Below the pieces are notes generated by a model. It did not search any database. It was not told the origin of the DNA and was given only the letters and a program-made list of their open reading frames with translations. This document shows positions 13,277 through 26,120 of a stretch of DNA of 64,000 bases, piece by piece (position 1 is the stretch's first letter; each line of letters begins with the position of its first letter). Origin of the DNA: Malacoraja senta (lineage: Eukaryota); contig CM075993.1 in NCBI GenBank assembly GCA_038087875.1, positions 5,210,001-5,274,000 of the forward strand, in the 5' to 3' direction. A program made the position numbers and the translations under genes.

Positions 13277-13559
13277 GGGTGGCACATTGGCATAGCGACC
13301 CAGGTTTGATCCTGACTGCGGTTGCAGTGTGTATGGAGTTTGAACATTCGCCCTGTGATCGTGTAGATTTCCTCTGAGTGTTCCGGTTTCCATTCACATT
13401 CCACAGACGTGTGTTTGTAGGTTAATAGGTTTCTGTAAATTGCCCCTGGTGTGTAGGTTGTGCGTGGGGTAACAGAGAACGAGTGTATGGGTAATCGATG
13501 ATCGGCGTGGACCTGGTGGGCCAGAGCCTGTTTCCACGCTGTATCTCTAAACTAAACTG
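13277..13559 (+). mobile_element. tRNA-derived V-SINE (HE1-like)
   Basis: B-box-like ggtttgatcc, central ggagtttg...ttccggtttcc domain, tail ctgtatctctaaactaaact. Confidence 0.8.
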
Positions 13560-13836
13560 ATCACTCTTGGAATGGATCATTCTGAGAAGGGTCTTGACCC
13601 GAAATGTCACCCAGTCCTTCTCTCCAGAGATGCTGCCTGTCCCGCTGCGTTAATCCAGCATTTTGTGTATCTTCGATTTAAACCTGTATCTGCAGTTCTT
13701 TTCTACACTCCTGGAATGGTGATGGGTGTACTATACTTGATCATGACACACCCCAATATGCATTAAAACTATTTGTCACAAACTATTTGCAAGAAATGCT
13801 TGAGTGGACCATGGAAAAGAACAACATGTGTTTGTT

Positions 13837-14066
13837 AAAGGACACAGGGTGCTTGTGTAACTCAGTGGGTCAGGTAGCATCCTTGGAAAACATGGATAGG
13901 TGATGTTTTGGGTCGGGACCCTTCTTCCGCTCTTTCGGGTATGAAGAAGGGTCCCGGTCCAAAACATCACCAACCTGTGTTCTCCAGGGATGTTGCCTGA
14001 CCCACTGAGTAATTCCAGCATTTTGTGTCTTTTTTTGGTAACCAGCATCTGCAGTTCCTTGTTTCT
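13837..14066. mobile_element. Inverted pair of Penelope-type pseudo-LTR fragments
   Basis: The two arms are reverse complements around gaagaagggtccc...aaaacatcacc. Flanked by a 43-nt imperfect direct repeat (13794-13836 / 14093-14135). Confidence 0.75.
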
Positions 14067-14242
14067 ATACTTTATCATGAATCATCTACAGCAAATGCTT
14101 GAGTAGAACATGGAAAAGAACAGCATGTATTTGTTGGTCTGCTCCCCTTCAAATGTTCCCTATCCAGGCTTAAAAGGAAATAAAACATTTCTTTAATGCT
14201 TTCTGCATCCCTTTCAGAACATTCCAAAGTGTTTTCCAACCA

Positions 14243-14243
14243 C

Positions 14244-14276
<33 letters not shown>

Positions 14277-14322
14277 AGACACAGACACAGAGACAGACAG
14301 ACAGACAGACAGACACACAGAG
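14243..14322. repeat. Compound microsatellite (AC)n(ACAGAC)n(AGAC)n
   Basis: Directly visible. Confidence 0.95.
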
Positions 14323-14359
14323 ACCCCCCCCTCAAAATCAGATCAGATTAACTTGAACA

Positions 14360-14580
14360 CCAAGAAGAATTCCTGTGCTCTTTTTGATGCTTTTCCTCTA
14401 ACCTAGTGAGAATGTGGGCCCCTCATTTAATGTCTTGACTTAAAGATGACAGCTTTTCAGGTCTAATTTCCTTATTAATGCACTGGGACACATCAGCGTA
14501 GATTTTAGTGCTCGAGTGTTGGACGGGATTTGAACTCGTGACTATCTGTCTCAGAATTGAATGTAATCAACTGAGCCCAA
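14360..14580 (-). mobile_element. Old tRNA-headed Deu-domain-like SINE remnant
   Basis: gggatttgaactc (B box on the - strand) and gggccctcatttaatgtc...gcactgggacacatcagcgtagat resemble DeuSINE/SacSINE1-type sequence. Recognised from memory and highly decayed. Confidence 0.45.
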
Positions 14581-14984
14581 ATTAGAAATTCTGAGCTCTG
14601 TTATTCTTGGGAGTTGTTCTTGCCAAGACTTATAAATTTGAGAACTTTTCAAAAGATTTTCTGAGTTTACTCACTGGCTTCTATTTTCTCCCCCCGGCTA
14701 CAGTGATAACTTGCTGGTTTTTTTGCGTTCACTTTTGTGATAGATGTCATGTCATTTTAGTTTAATTGATGAGATCTGGCCCACCACCCATAGTTACTGC
14801 TTGCCTACACCTGCATGAACCAGACACGAAAACATTTTGAGTTAGTCCTCAGGAACCTAGACGGTGTTAGGTGAGGTATAGCACAGCATTTGTGGTAGAG
14901 TGTCATGCACTTGAAAACCATTGATATTTTTTGATTGGGGACAAAGATGTGGTACTTTGCCTCATTATGGCTTTGCAATAGATT

Positions 14985-15280
14985 GAAAGTTACAGAATGG
15001 AAACGGACTATGCAGCTGACCGAGTCCACGCTGACCATCGATCACCTGTTCACGCACGTTCTATGTTATCCCACTTTCGCATCCATTCCCTAAACACTAG
15101 GGGCAATTTATAGAGGCCAATTAACCTACACTCATGTCATTTTTGGGACGTATAAGAAAAACAGTACCCGGAGGAAACCCATGCAGTCACGGGGAGACTG
15201 CAAACTCCACACAAACAGCACCTGAGGTTGAGATCAAACCCGGGTGTGTGACGCTGTGAGGCAGCAGCACTACCGGCTGT
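14985..15280 (-). mobile_element. V-SINE (HE1-like)
   Basis: Reverse complement of the same SINE family as 57908-58221. Confidence 0.8.
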
Positions 15281-15689
15281 CCTGTTAAGAAAAGTGAAGA
15301 AAGACAGTTGTTATCTAGTCTGATGGCTTAAGGTTTATTGCATTATTGTTTAACCGTAAAGAGTGGAATAAATTAAAAATAATTCACTTTAGAAAAGAAT
15401 TAAAGCATAAAATAATTCAAAATATATATTGACACGAAATAATTATTAATTCCAAATTTCAGTCCAGGAATACTCATTTAAATGAATGAACACTTGCTAA
15501 GTCTGGCAGAATTGGAGAGGTGGATGGTCAGATGATATGGTGGGGAATTCCAAAGGAAAGTTCTACTGTTAAACTATGTAGAGGCGGACTAGTATCAGGA
15601 ACTCCAGCGCATCGCATACTCCAGGCAAATCTAGGACTTAGTTACCCGAGGATTTGCCATTCTGCGAGGAGAAATGGGGCCATATATGT

Positions 15690-16152
15690 TACTTGGCAAT
15701 TCAAACGCCCAGGAACGAAGAAGAATGCAAAAAGTATTGAACACTGCCCAGTCCATCATGGGTACTGACCTCCCCACCATCGAAGAGATCTACAGGAGTC
15801 GCTGCCTCAAAAGGGCAGCTCGCATCATAAGAGACTCACACCACCCTTGCCACGCATTCATTTAACTCCTGCCATTGGGAAGAGGTACTGGGTCATGAAA
15901 ATGTACAGCTTCTTCCCATACAAGCATCAGACTATTAAACATTGCAACCTGCAAATTAGCTCCCAACTGCAGGTACATGATTTTTGTCTTTACACTTATT
16001 ATTTTATTTAAGTACCCACACCCGCATGCGCACACACAAACCTTTTTATTCATTCTGGTTTACAGGGAGCTCTCTTTACATATCTGTTTTGCGGCTGCAA
16101 GTAAGAATTTCTTTTTTGGGACATATGACAATAAAACATTCTTGACGCTTGA
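15690..16152 (+). mobile_element. Rex1/Babar-like LINE 3' fragment
   Basis: ERRRMQKVLNTAQSIMGTDLPTIEEIYRSRCLKRAARII...HP is homologous to 1089-1544. Tail gacaataaaacattcttga. Confidence 0.8.
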
Positions 16153-17091
16153 TATCTCTCTTTTCCTTTTCCTCCATCTGCCTAACTCTGACCTGTTTGA
16201 AATGAGGTTTTTCAAGAGCCATTCCTGTTGTTTCTTTCTAAAATTGTTGATTTCTTTGCACGTGTTGGGGCAAGGGTTAGAGCATTCTCTTCCTCAAATC
16301 AAATGTTTCACTGAACAGTAAAATTAGAGGTTATTGGGGTATAATGTGAACACAATGAGTTGTGTGAATCATAAAATCCAATGGGAAAAGAAGATAAAGT
16401 GCGAGTATACAGTTTATGGAAAAACATCTGGGAAAGAATTGGTTCTTTTGATAAAGGAAACAAAACAGTCTCTGGTCACTAATAGAGCTAAAAATAAAAC
16501 TCAAATGACCAGAAACATTCCTGCATTTGCAAACTTGGCTGTGCTTTCTTTAATGTTCATTATCAGCCTGAATCACTAAATGATTGCCCAATATCCAGAA
16601 GGCTGTAGCTTCAGTGTTCAATGTATAGTACTTGGTTGCTAATTACTGTCGGGCTGTTAAGGCTGTATAATTACATTATAGCCATGCTGGGACTGTTTAA
16701 AAACCTTTGTTATACCACATTATGCATGGTACAAAAAATGAATTTGTTTTATTTTTAAAGAGAAATGCCTGTGACAGGCTTGCAAAAGTCATTGTGCAAG
16801 TGCAATCTTGTTTATATGCAAGGATCTTTGCCGTAGGTTTTTAATCTTAATGCTCAGTCACAGAATAATGGCAAGCTGATAATAGCATCCAAGTAGCAAT
16901 GTTCAGCAATTGTTTTGTGAAATTCTTCCCATTATGAAAATGATATTTACACATTAGCCAAGATAATGAGCATCACTTTATAAAACGGCTGTATAAATGG
17001 GGCGACACATTGGTGGAGTTGCTGCCTTATGGCACCAGAAAATTGCTTTCGACCTTCACTTTGGATGCTGTCATTGTGGAGTTTGCACATT

Positions 17092-18112
17092 AGAGTCATA
17101 GAATTGTACAGCTCAGAAACGGGCTCTTCGGCCCAACTTGCCCATGCTGACCAAGATGCCCCATCTACGCTAGTCCCACCTGTATATATTTGGTCCATAT
17201 CCCTCTAAACCTTTCCTATCCATCTCACTGTCAAAATGTCTTTTAAATATTATTAAAGTACTTGCCTCAACTATCTACCCTGGCAGCTTGTTCCATATCC
17301 CTATCACCCTCTGTGTGAAAAGGTTTCCCCTCGGGTTCCGATTAAATCTTGGCCCTCTCACCTTCAACAGATGTTGTCCTCTTTTTGATTCCCCAACCCT
17401 GGGTAAATGGCTCTCAGCAATCACCCTATTCCCCATAAGACCCCCCCCCCCCCCCCCCAGCCTCCTTTGCTCCAAGTTATAAAGCCTTGGCCTAGCCAAC
17501 CTCTCTACAGCTCAGGCCCTCGAGTCATGGCAACATCCTCGTAAATCTTCTCTGAACACTTTCCAGCTTAATTACATCCATCCTATAGCAAGGTGATAAA
17601 AACTGAACATCGTACTTCAAGTGTGGCCTCTCAACTGCCTTGTACAACTGTGACATAACATCCCAACTTTTATACTTAATACCCTGACTGATGATGGTCA
17701 ATGTACCAAAAGCCACCTTGACCACCCTATCTAACTGATGCCACTTTCAAGCAATTATGTGCCTGCACTCCTAGATCCCTCTGCTCTACAACACTCCCTT
17801 GGGCCCTGCGATTCACTGTGAATGTCCTGACCTGCTTTCACTGCCTCAAATGCAACACCTTGCACTTATCTGCATTAAATTCCATTAACCATTCCTCAGC
17901 CCACCTGCCCAACTCGCTATGTACAATACCACCCACTTTAATGTCATGTGCAAACTTACTTATGCCTTCCACATTCTCATACAAATTGTTGATATAAACC
18001 ATAAACTAATGAGCCCAGCATAGATTGCTGAGGCACGGCGCTAGTCACAGGCTTTCAGTCTGAAAAACAACCTTCCACCATCACCCTCCGCTCCCTTCCA
18101 CGAAGCCAATTT
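17092..18112 (-). mobile_element. CR1-clade LINE fragment (frameshifted)
   Basis: ORFs 17525-17725 (LYKAVERPHLKY...KLESVQRRFTRMLP) and 17275-17499 (FTQRVIGIWNKLP). Confidence 0.88.
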
Positions 18113-18994
18113 TTCTGTCGAAGCTCTCCCTATGAAGGCGTGGGTTACCTCCGATGCTCCAGTTTCCTCCCACGTCCCAAAGACGTGTGGGTTTGTAGGT
18201 TAATTGGCCTCCAAATTGCCCCTAGTGTGTAGGTAGTGGATGAGAAAGTGGGATAGCATAGAATTAGTGTGAGTAGATGATCGATGGTCGGCTTGGACTC
18301 GGTGGGCCGAAGGGCCATTTTCCATGCTGCATTTTTCAATCATAATGCATCCAGATCCTGTGATGATCACATTCCTGTACATTAAGTAGACATCAGTGAG
18401 GAAATCATTAGTGAATGGGTTGGGTGGCAAAGGGTTTGATGTTTTTAATTATGTTTTGAAGATCTAACCTGTGTGGTCTTGGGTGTCAAAAATAAACCCC
18501 ATGGGATTGGAGATAGGTTTGGGATAATTGGGTGATAGCGTGAGACAAACAATGAAGGCTGAATGTGACATGGTTCCTTGTGTGGAACTGTGGCAGCTTC
18601 ATGGCTGTATTGAAGGGTTAGAGAATTTTCTATCTCAGTTCCAACAGGAAACAAGGTTCCAAAACTTTGATGTATGGAGGAGAAAATTGGCTAATGATAC
18701 TAAGTGTGGGAAAGTGAGTATTGTATCTGAGCAAGACAGATCAGAATATCTCTTCAACGCTGTCAAATTTATGGAGAAACAAAGTTAATTATGGCTTTTT
18801 AGACGAATAGATAAAAACGAGTTCTCAAGGTAGTTGACATAAATGTCAGATACCATTTGAAATATCATTTTCCGTTTAGAATGTAGATTTTAAAACCAAT
18901 TGTTAAACTCACTGATGTACAATACAAAGCACCAGAGTTCTATTGACATAATAGGTTAAGTTATTGCACAAACAGCAAGGGAGAGCAAAAAAAG

Positions 18995-19068
18995 AAATAA
19001 AATAAAACAAAGACCAATAAAAGGGATAAAATAGAACAAAAGACCAATAAAAGGGATAAAATAAAACG
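18995..19068. repeat. ~29-nt tandem repeat, ~2.5 copies (aaaatagaacaaaagaccaataaaagggat)
   Basis: Directly visible. Confidence 0.8.
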
Positions 19069-19220
19069 AAGGAAGGAGACTGCAGTATAATTTAGAATTC
19101 TTTGCTTTTAGAAAGAGAATACAACTGAATTTATAAATGTACGAAACACAAATATTCTCGATAGCGGGGGATAAAAAATCAAACTTTCAAACTTAACAGG
19201 CCTGGCAGGAAACTGATGGA

Positions 19221-19652
19221 GATTTCGCTATCACCTGCGATGGAGATAGTAAGGTCAAGAAATGGTAGGGAAATGGTCCAGTGTATTTGAGTGCCGGATG
19301 GAAGTTAGCAGTGAAATGGATGAAGTCAGTGAGTTGTGTGTGGGTGCAGGAGGTAGCACCAATGCAGTCGTCGATGTAGCGGAGGTAGCACCAATGCAGT
19401 GCAGCACCTCGTATTTCGCTTGGGCAATTTGCACACCAGCGGTATGAACATTGACTTCTCTAACTTCAGGTAGTCCTTACTTTCTCCTCCCCTTCTCAGT
19501 TCTCCCTCAGCCCTCTGGCTCCAGCTCTTCCTTTCTTCCTCCCCACCCTCACATCAGTCTGAAGAAGGGTTTCGACCCAAAACCGTGCCTATTTCCTTCG
19601 CTCCATAGATGCTGCCTCACCCGCTGAGTTTCTCCAGCATTTCTGTCTACCT
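19221..19652. mobile_element. Rearranged Penelope-like element: RT fragment (-), endonuclease C-terminus and pseudo-LTR (+)
   Basis: The - strand of ~19221-19384 encodes LRYIDDCIGATSCTHTQLTDFIHFTANFHPALKY. The + strand of 19402-19473 encodes QHLVFRLGNLHTSGMNIDFSNFR*, followed by the pLTR. TSD-like aggaaact(g/c)atgga at 19207-19220 and 19653-19666. Confidence 0.85.
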
Positions 19653-19949
19653 AGGAAACTCATGGAACTGGAATGCATTCCATCCTGTGCCCAGCTATGA
19701 TTTCTGGTGAGAAAATGCTGAAAATGTTCATCAGGTCAGGCAGCAACTATTGAAAGAGAGAGATTTTTTCCAGTTCTTCTGAATAAGTCACAGCCCAGAA
19801 ACATGAACTCTTGTTTCTCCACAGATAATTCTTGACCTCCAGACTACAATATTTTCAACTATTATTTTAGTATTTTGCTTACATATTGAAATTGGTATTG
19901 GTTTATTGTTGCCATGTGTACCGATATAAAGTGAACTACTTTGTGTGTT

Positions 19950-20130
19950 AGACACAAAAAGCTGGAGTAACTCAGCAGGTCAGGCAACATCTCTGGAGAA
20001 AAGGAATAGGTGACATTTCGGGTCGAGGCCCTTCAGGAGAAGAAGGGCCTCAACCAGAAAAGTCACCTATTCCTTTTCTCCAGAGATGCTGTCTGACCCG
20101 CTGAGTTACTCCAGCTTTTTGTGTCTATCT
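19950..20130. mobile_element. Inverted pair of Penelope-type pLTR fragments
   Basis: agacacaaaaagctggagtaactcagc ... gctgagttactccagctttttgtgtct palindrome. Confidence 0.75.
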
Positions 20131-22005
20131 TTGGTTCCTTCCTACAAACCTAATGTGCTATCTAGTGGTATCATACTGTGCATCAAGCCAAATACAATCA
20201 ATGCTGTACAATCAAGCCATATACCGTAGACCATTTTGTGTCTACCTTCGATTCAAACCAGCATCTGCAGTTCTTTCCTACACGTATACCAGTACACCAG
20301 GTAGTGCAAAAATGAAAATACCAGAGTTCGGAATATAGCTTTAGAGTGTTAAAGTTAGAGAGAAAGTGCAGATAAAACAAAAGTGCAATGATCACAATGA
20401 GGTAGGCTGGGAGATCAGGGCTACACTCTGAACTTCTGAGAGGTCTGTTCATTGTCTGATAACATCCCTGAATATGAATAGCATTAAATATTAAAAAATA
20501 AAGAAATTCCTTTGAGATTCTCTACACATTTTGTCTAATACTGCTGGTCCTTCAAAAATATTATGCAAACATTACAATGCATTAAATTATTAATATTATT
20601 ATATATATCACACTAGAGGAAAAATATCTGCTTTTGTAATATGTGGTATGATCAATGGCTATCCCTACAATAAGTGCCATTTAGTGTGAATTGTAACTAT
20701 AATTATGGTTTATATCATAAAAGTGGCAACAAGTTGTATTTCTGTTTTACTTTTCAATTCTCTGTCTCTCTGGCAGGATCAAAAGTGGTTAACACTTCCA
20801 CAGGCATTTGTCTTACTTTGGTGACCAGTACAGTGTTCCTGGTGACTTTCTATTAATACTTTAACTGCACGTCTGAGTACACAATTTGTTTTGGCTCTGC
20901 AGTCAAATAGCCTGGTATACAGTAGTCCACTATTTTGGCAAGCATTCACGAAATGGTGTCTGTTAACCATGGAATAAATGTTTCACCTTGATCACCATTG
21001 CAATAAGTATTTGATATTGGATTTGTTCAGAGGTGAATAAAAGACAGCTTTAACCTGAAATTACTTCCCGGTCCTCTTCGATGTACAAACTTGAAAGGTT
21101 ACAATTCAATCTCTCTGCGATTTGGTGATATTGACTTAGAAGCAACAGTGACTTAAATACTGCTTCATTCCTCCACTAGGTTCCAGGCACACATGATAGG
21201 TTTCGGAATTTTGACGGAAGCATCCACAATGGAAAATATGTAGGAAGGAACTGCAGATGCTGGTTTAAATGGAAGATAGACTCTAAAAAAAACACTCTTG
21301 ACTCTTGAAAAGCTGGAGTAACTCAGCGGGACAGTCAGCATCTCTGGGGAAAAGGAATGGGTCACCCATTCCTTTTCTCCAGAGATGTTGTCTGACCCAC
21401 TGTTACTCCAGCTTTTTGTGTCTTTGGAAAATATCCAGCTTGGTGGGGGGGGGCTGGTAGCCCTGACATTCAGAATGCAAGTGGGCTACCTGGTGCAAAT
21501 GGAATAATAACATGTGAGATACCATTTGAGATGGTGAACATGAAACTATTGTTAAATCTTTGTGCTTTGGGGCTAAATGATGTTCTGTTGTATTAATGCT
21601 TTTTCTATTTGAGGTCATGTTGTAACGTTAGTGAATTTAATGCTGTTCAATTGTCATTGAAATCTAATTCTTGACCAAGCGCTGGAAGTTGGCTACTGCA
21701 ACATTCATGCAAGGCACAGTAAAAGTCATTCCATCCTTTTGATGAAGCACTTTCAATAACGGATACTTTACTGGTGCAAAGGTTAGGGTATCATTCCAGT
21801 GGTCTGGAGATCTAGACTAAATTCAGAGACCTAAACTGAAATCACACCATGGCCGGTGAAAATTTTAAGTTCAATAAATAAACCTGGAATTTTTTTTTTT
21901 TAAATAGTTACAGAAGTACTGCATTATAATGGCACCCATCTGGTTCACTAATGTTCAATCTGCCATCCTTAACCATTCTGGTCTAAATGTTACACCAATC
22001 CAATT

Positions 22006-22310
22006 AGTTTAGTTTAGAAATACAGCATGGAAACGGGCCCTTCGGCCCACTGAGTCCACATCAACCGTCATCACCCGTTCACACTAGTTCTATGTTATCC
22101 CAATTTCTCATCCACTACCACGCACTTGTGGGCATTTTTACTGAGGCCAATCAACCTACAAATCCACACATCTTTGGGATGTGGGAGGAAACCGGAGCAC
22201 CCGGAGGTAACATTAATTCACAGGGAGAGCATGCAAACTCCACGCAGACAGCACTCAAGGTAAGGATCAAACTCGGGTCTCTGGGTGCTGTGAGGCAGCA
22301 GCTCTACCAG
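22006..22310 (-). mobile_element. V-SINE (HE1-like)
   Basis: (tttag)n tail at the left end, tRNA-like head at the right end. Confidence 0.8.
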
Positions 22311-24374
22311 TGCATGTGGAAGAAATCTGCCATTCTCAATCAGTCTGGTTTCGATGTGACACCCAAACCAGCTAATGTAGATGACTTAAATGTCCTCTGA
22401 AATGGTTATGTGTGATGGCTGATGCGGCCTCAGGTCGAAGGGCCTCTTTTTGTGCTGTATGGCTCTGGCACTCTTTGTTCCGACAACTCAATGGGTTCAA
22501 ATGTATAGGAAGGAACTGCAGATGCTGGTTTATTCTGAAGATAGACACAAAATGCCAGAGTAACTCAGACCCGAGACGTCACCCACTCCTCTCCAGAGAT
22601 ACTGCCCGTCGTGCTGAGTTACTCCAACATTTTCTGTCCACTTTCAATGGGTTCAAAGACAGTCATGTCCAGAACCCCCAAAAAAACCCAAAACTTAAAC
22701 GATTCTACAATAATTAAAAGTAGGTTCACTTTGTCAAACTAAGTATTTTAAATATCTGTTGACAAAGTAAATGAATGTTCAAACTGATGGAAATTTCTAT
22801 CATTGAGTAGCTGGAAGTAACTCAAATTTCACTGTACCTTAATTGGTACATGTGACAATTAAATTGAATCTTGAATCTTGGGCCAAATGGCCCTGTTATG
22901 ATCTTTAATGCTGTGCAAACCCCTTTATACATGGAAATCAATTCAAATATCACAATTGAAATGGTGTGGTAAAATAGCATTTCATTTCAAAGCGTGGATA
23001 CAGAAGCTTGCTGTGCTTTGCTTTCTGCTGTGATATTACCTGTCAGAAAAATGAAAAAGTATTTGGAGCAGGATATGCAATTTAGACCAATCCCCAAAGG
23101 CACCTGTATGTTAATGCATATAAACGACACAACCTTCAGGATAATGATGCATCTCATGAGATTGAACAGTATCTTATCCAACCATGCTCCCATGCTGTAA
23201 TATTCCTTTTTGAGTTACTACATTTTGCTCCTTAATTTTCATAATGCCTTATTATTCAAATACACCATGTTAACAACATCTGATTTCTATTGGGATGCTT
23301 TTGGTCCTGTTTATTTTTATAGGAAAGTGAACATTACTGACAAGGGCAATGTTGACCTTGACGAGCTGTGAAACTGTGAAACAGTTGTGGTGAAACTGAC
23401 CGATTTGGATTCCAGATATTTGCCCTGGTGACAATGAAGGATACCTGGTCATTCTTGGTGTCTCAGCCAAATAGGGCTGCCAAATATATCGTGCTGATAT
23501 TTCAGATCTTAATTTGGGACAATCATATGGTTAATTAGAGTTAAGCAGCAAATAAGTTTATAACTGATTTTCTAATTATTATGGATGTTGATTGTTATAG
23601 ACGAGGCGGGTGCTTTTGATCTATTGTGGAAAGTCACAATCTTGCATGCATGGAGTTGGACCATCTGAGGCATTGCCAAATTTCACCCTTGTCTGGAAAT
23701 TTCTGTCGTCTCTTCCTTGCCGCTATCAATGCCGTGCAACGTGTGTGAAATACTTGTTATAAATTCCCAACACAGAGCACCTGTTCACTGCTGCTAGGAG
23801 TCCACTGGTAAATATTTAACAGCCGTAAATAGCACTGCAGTGCATTCCTGTGATGTGAGCCAGCAGAATCGTCTCATTCTTTGCTGCTGCTGTTGTACTG
23901 AAACTACTTGTGTAGTGAAATCTTTTGTCCTGTTTAGTCTCTGTGTGGCATTCTTTTGGAATGAGATATCTGGTGCTTTTGACCAGTTTCAATATAAGCT
24001 ATTAAACATTTCAACCAGTTGTGAAACGTATGACTACATTGTAAGAAAATGTTAGTTCCTGCCATAAACCCTTTTCGATTTTGGACTAAAAAGGATATAA
24101 TTGAGGCATCGTTATGAGTCTGAGGCAGTATCGGTTCAGGGAACTTTGAACTGTGAGACATTTTGATGTCATTGTGTTGAATTAGCACATTTTCCCTGCT
24201 ATTCCTTTTCCCATGGAGGCACCCATCACAGCCCTGGTCTTTAAGTGGCCATTCTTTATTAGTGCTTTGACTATTTTAATATGCAGTCATTTAATTGCAG
24301 AAGTATCACGGATGATGACGTACATTTAAGATGCATTTAATCTGACTGGAAGTTAGGGGAAAGAACCTTTCTGT

Positions 24375-26120
24375 ATTTTTCTTGAAGATTGCCGCAAAGC
24401 TTAATCAGATAGACGATACGATCTGCAGTTTGAGGAGTATCCTCTTTTCCAAGACCATCTCCAGTGAATCCAACTCCACCTCTAGGATGGAGCCAGCTTT
24501 CCTGATGTTAATTCTGTTGGCGTCCGCGGCCTTCGCCCTGCTACCTCAGCACGGCAGCGAAGAAGATGAAACTGGTAGAAAATCTGCAGCATCTTACTGC
24601 AGGTGTTGAAAGAGCGGAGCCTCCTCAGAAAGTACAGACGGTTCTGTCCCTTATACAGTGCCTCAATGTTCCTGGACTAGTCCAGTTTACTGTCCAGGTA
24701 AATTCCAGGGTACTTGTATTCCTTGGTAATCTACACATCCACACCATTGATGGAGACAGGAGTGTTCCTCTCCTCTTAAAGTCCACCACTAACTCCTTCA
24801 TCTTGTTGGTGTTAAGCTGCAGGTGATTCAGCCCACACCACTCAACAAAGTCGTTGACTACACCTCTGTATTCAGCTTCCCTCCCCTCCCTGATGTAGCC
24901 CACAATTGCAGTCATCCGCAAACCTCTACAGGTGGCAGGAGTCTGAGTTGTATCTGAAGTCCGAGGTGTAGATGGTGAACAGGAAGGGCCCCTATGTTGC
25001 TCGCTATTATGTCCGAGACACAGTTCTATAGCCTGACATACTGTGGTCGTCAAGTCGGGTATTGGTGATCCAGGACACCAATGGAGCATCCACCCCATCT
25101 TCGTCAGTTTGCTCTCTAGCAATGCAGGCCGGATGGTGTTGAACACTGGAGAAGTAAAAAAACATGACTCTCACTGTGCTTCCCGGCTTATCCAGGTGAG
25201 CATTGGAACGATGGATCAGGTGGATGATGGCGTCCTCCACCCCCACCTTTGTTGGGTAAGCGAACTGCAGGGGTCCAAGTAGGGTTTAACCAGGGGTCGC
25301 AGGTGAGTGAGCACCAGCCTCTCCAGGGACTTCATGATGTGTGAGGTCAGCGCCACCGGTCAGTAGACATTGGAGGAGCTAGTTTGTGTCCTCTTTGGTA
25401 CAGGAACCAGGCAGGATGTCTTCCACATCACTGGAACCCTCTCCAGGCTCTGATTGAAGAAATGTCTGAGTACTCCGCACAACTGGCTGACACACGCCTT
25501 GAGTACCCTAGGGCTGACACCATCAGGACCTGTAGCTTTGCCTGGGCCCAGTCTGCTCAGCTCTTTCCTCACCTGCCCAGCCTTGATGTTCAGGTGCAAC
25601 AAAGAAAGGGGAGAGGAAGTGGACCAGGGAGGTTGAGGGGGAAGATTCTGTCGGGGAGCAGGGGAGAGGGTGGGCAGAGGCCATACCATCAAATCTATTA
25701 AAACACAGGTTTAGCTCATTGGCCCAGTCCTGATTGCTTTCCCTCCCCAGAACACTGGTCATCTTGTAGCCTCTAATGCTCTTCATCCTACTCCACACAT
25801 CCCTCATGTTGTTCTGCTGAAGTTTCAGTTCCAGTTTCCTCCAGTAGTTATCCTTGCCATGTCTTAGTCTCACCTTCTGATCTTTCTGTACCCGTTTCAC
25901 CTCCTCCCTGTCACCATTCCTAAAGGCCCTCTTCTTCTGGTTGAGAAGGGCCGTTATGTCACTGGTGACCCTGGGCTTGTTGTTGGGGAAACAGTATACA
26001 GTCTCTTCAGGGACAACGTTATCCACACAGAAATGTATGTAACTGGTAACGCAGTCCGTGAGTCCATCAATGCCCTCTCCATGGGGACCACGGAGTGCGT
26101 CCCAGTCTGTGACCACAATG
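24375..26120 (-). mobile_element. Rex1/Babar-like LINE reverse transcriptase fragment (frameshifted)
   Basis: ORFs 25523-26116 (TDWDAL...VTSYIHFCVDNVVP...FPNNKP), 25360-25692 (KATGPDGVSPRVLKAC...WKTSCLVPVPK), 25007-25246 and 24625-25146 (WCGLNHLQLNTNKMKELVVDF). Confidence 0.9.

Noticed and set aside
18648..18713. Exon-like segment with AAA|GTGAGT donor (ETRFQNFDVWRRKLANDTKCGK)
   Set aside because: KLANDTK resembles the CR1 RT motif KFADDTK, so it is probably an ancient LINE remnant.
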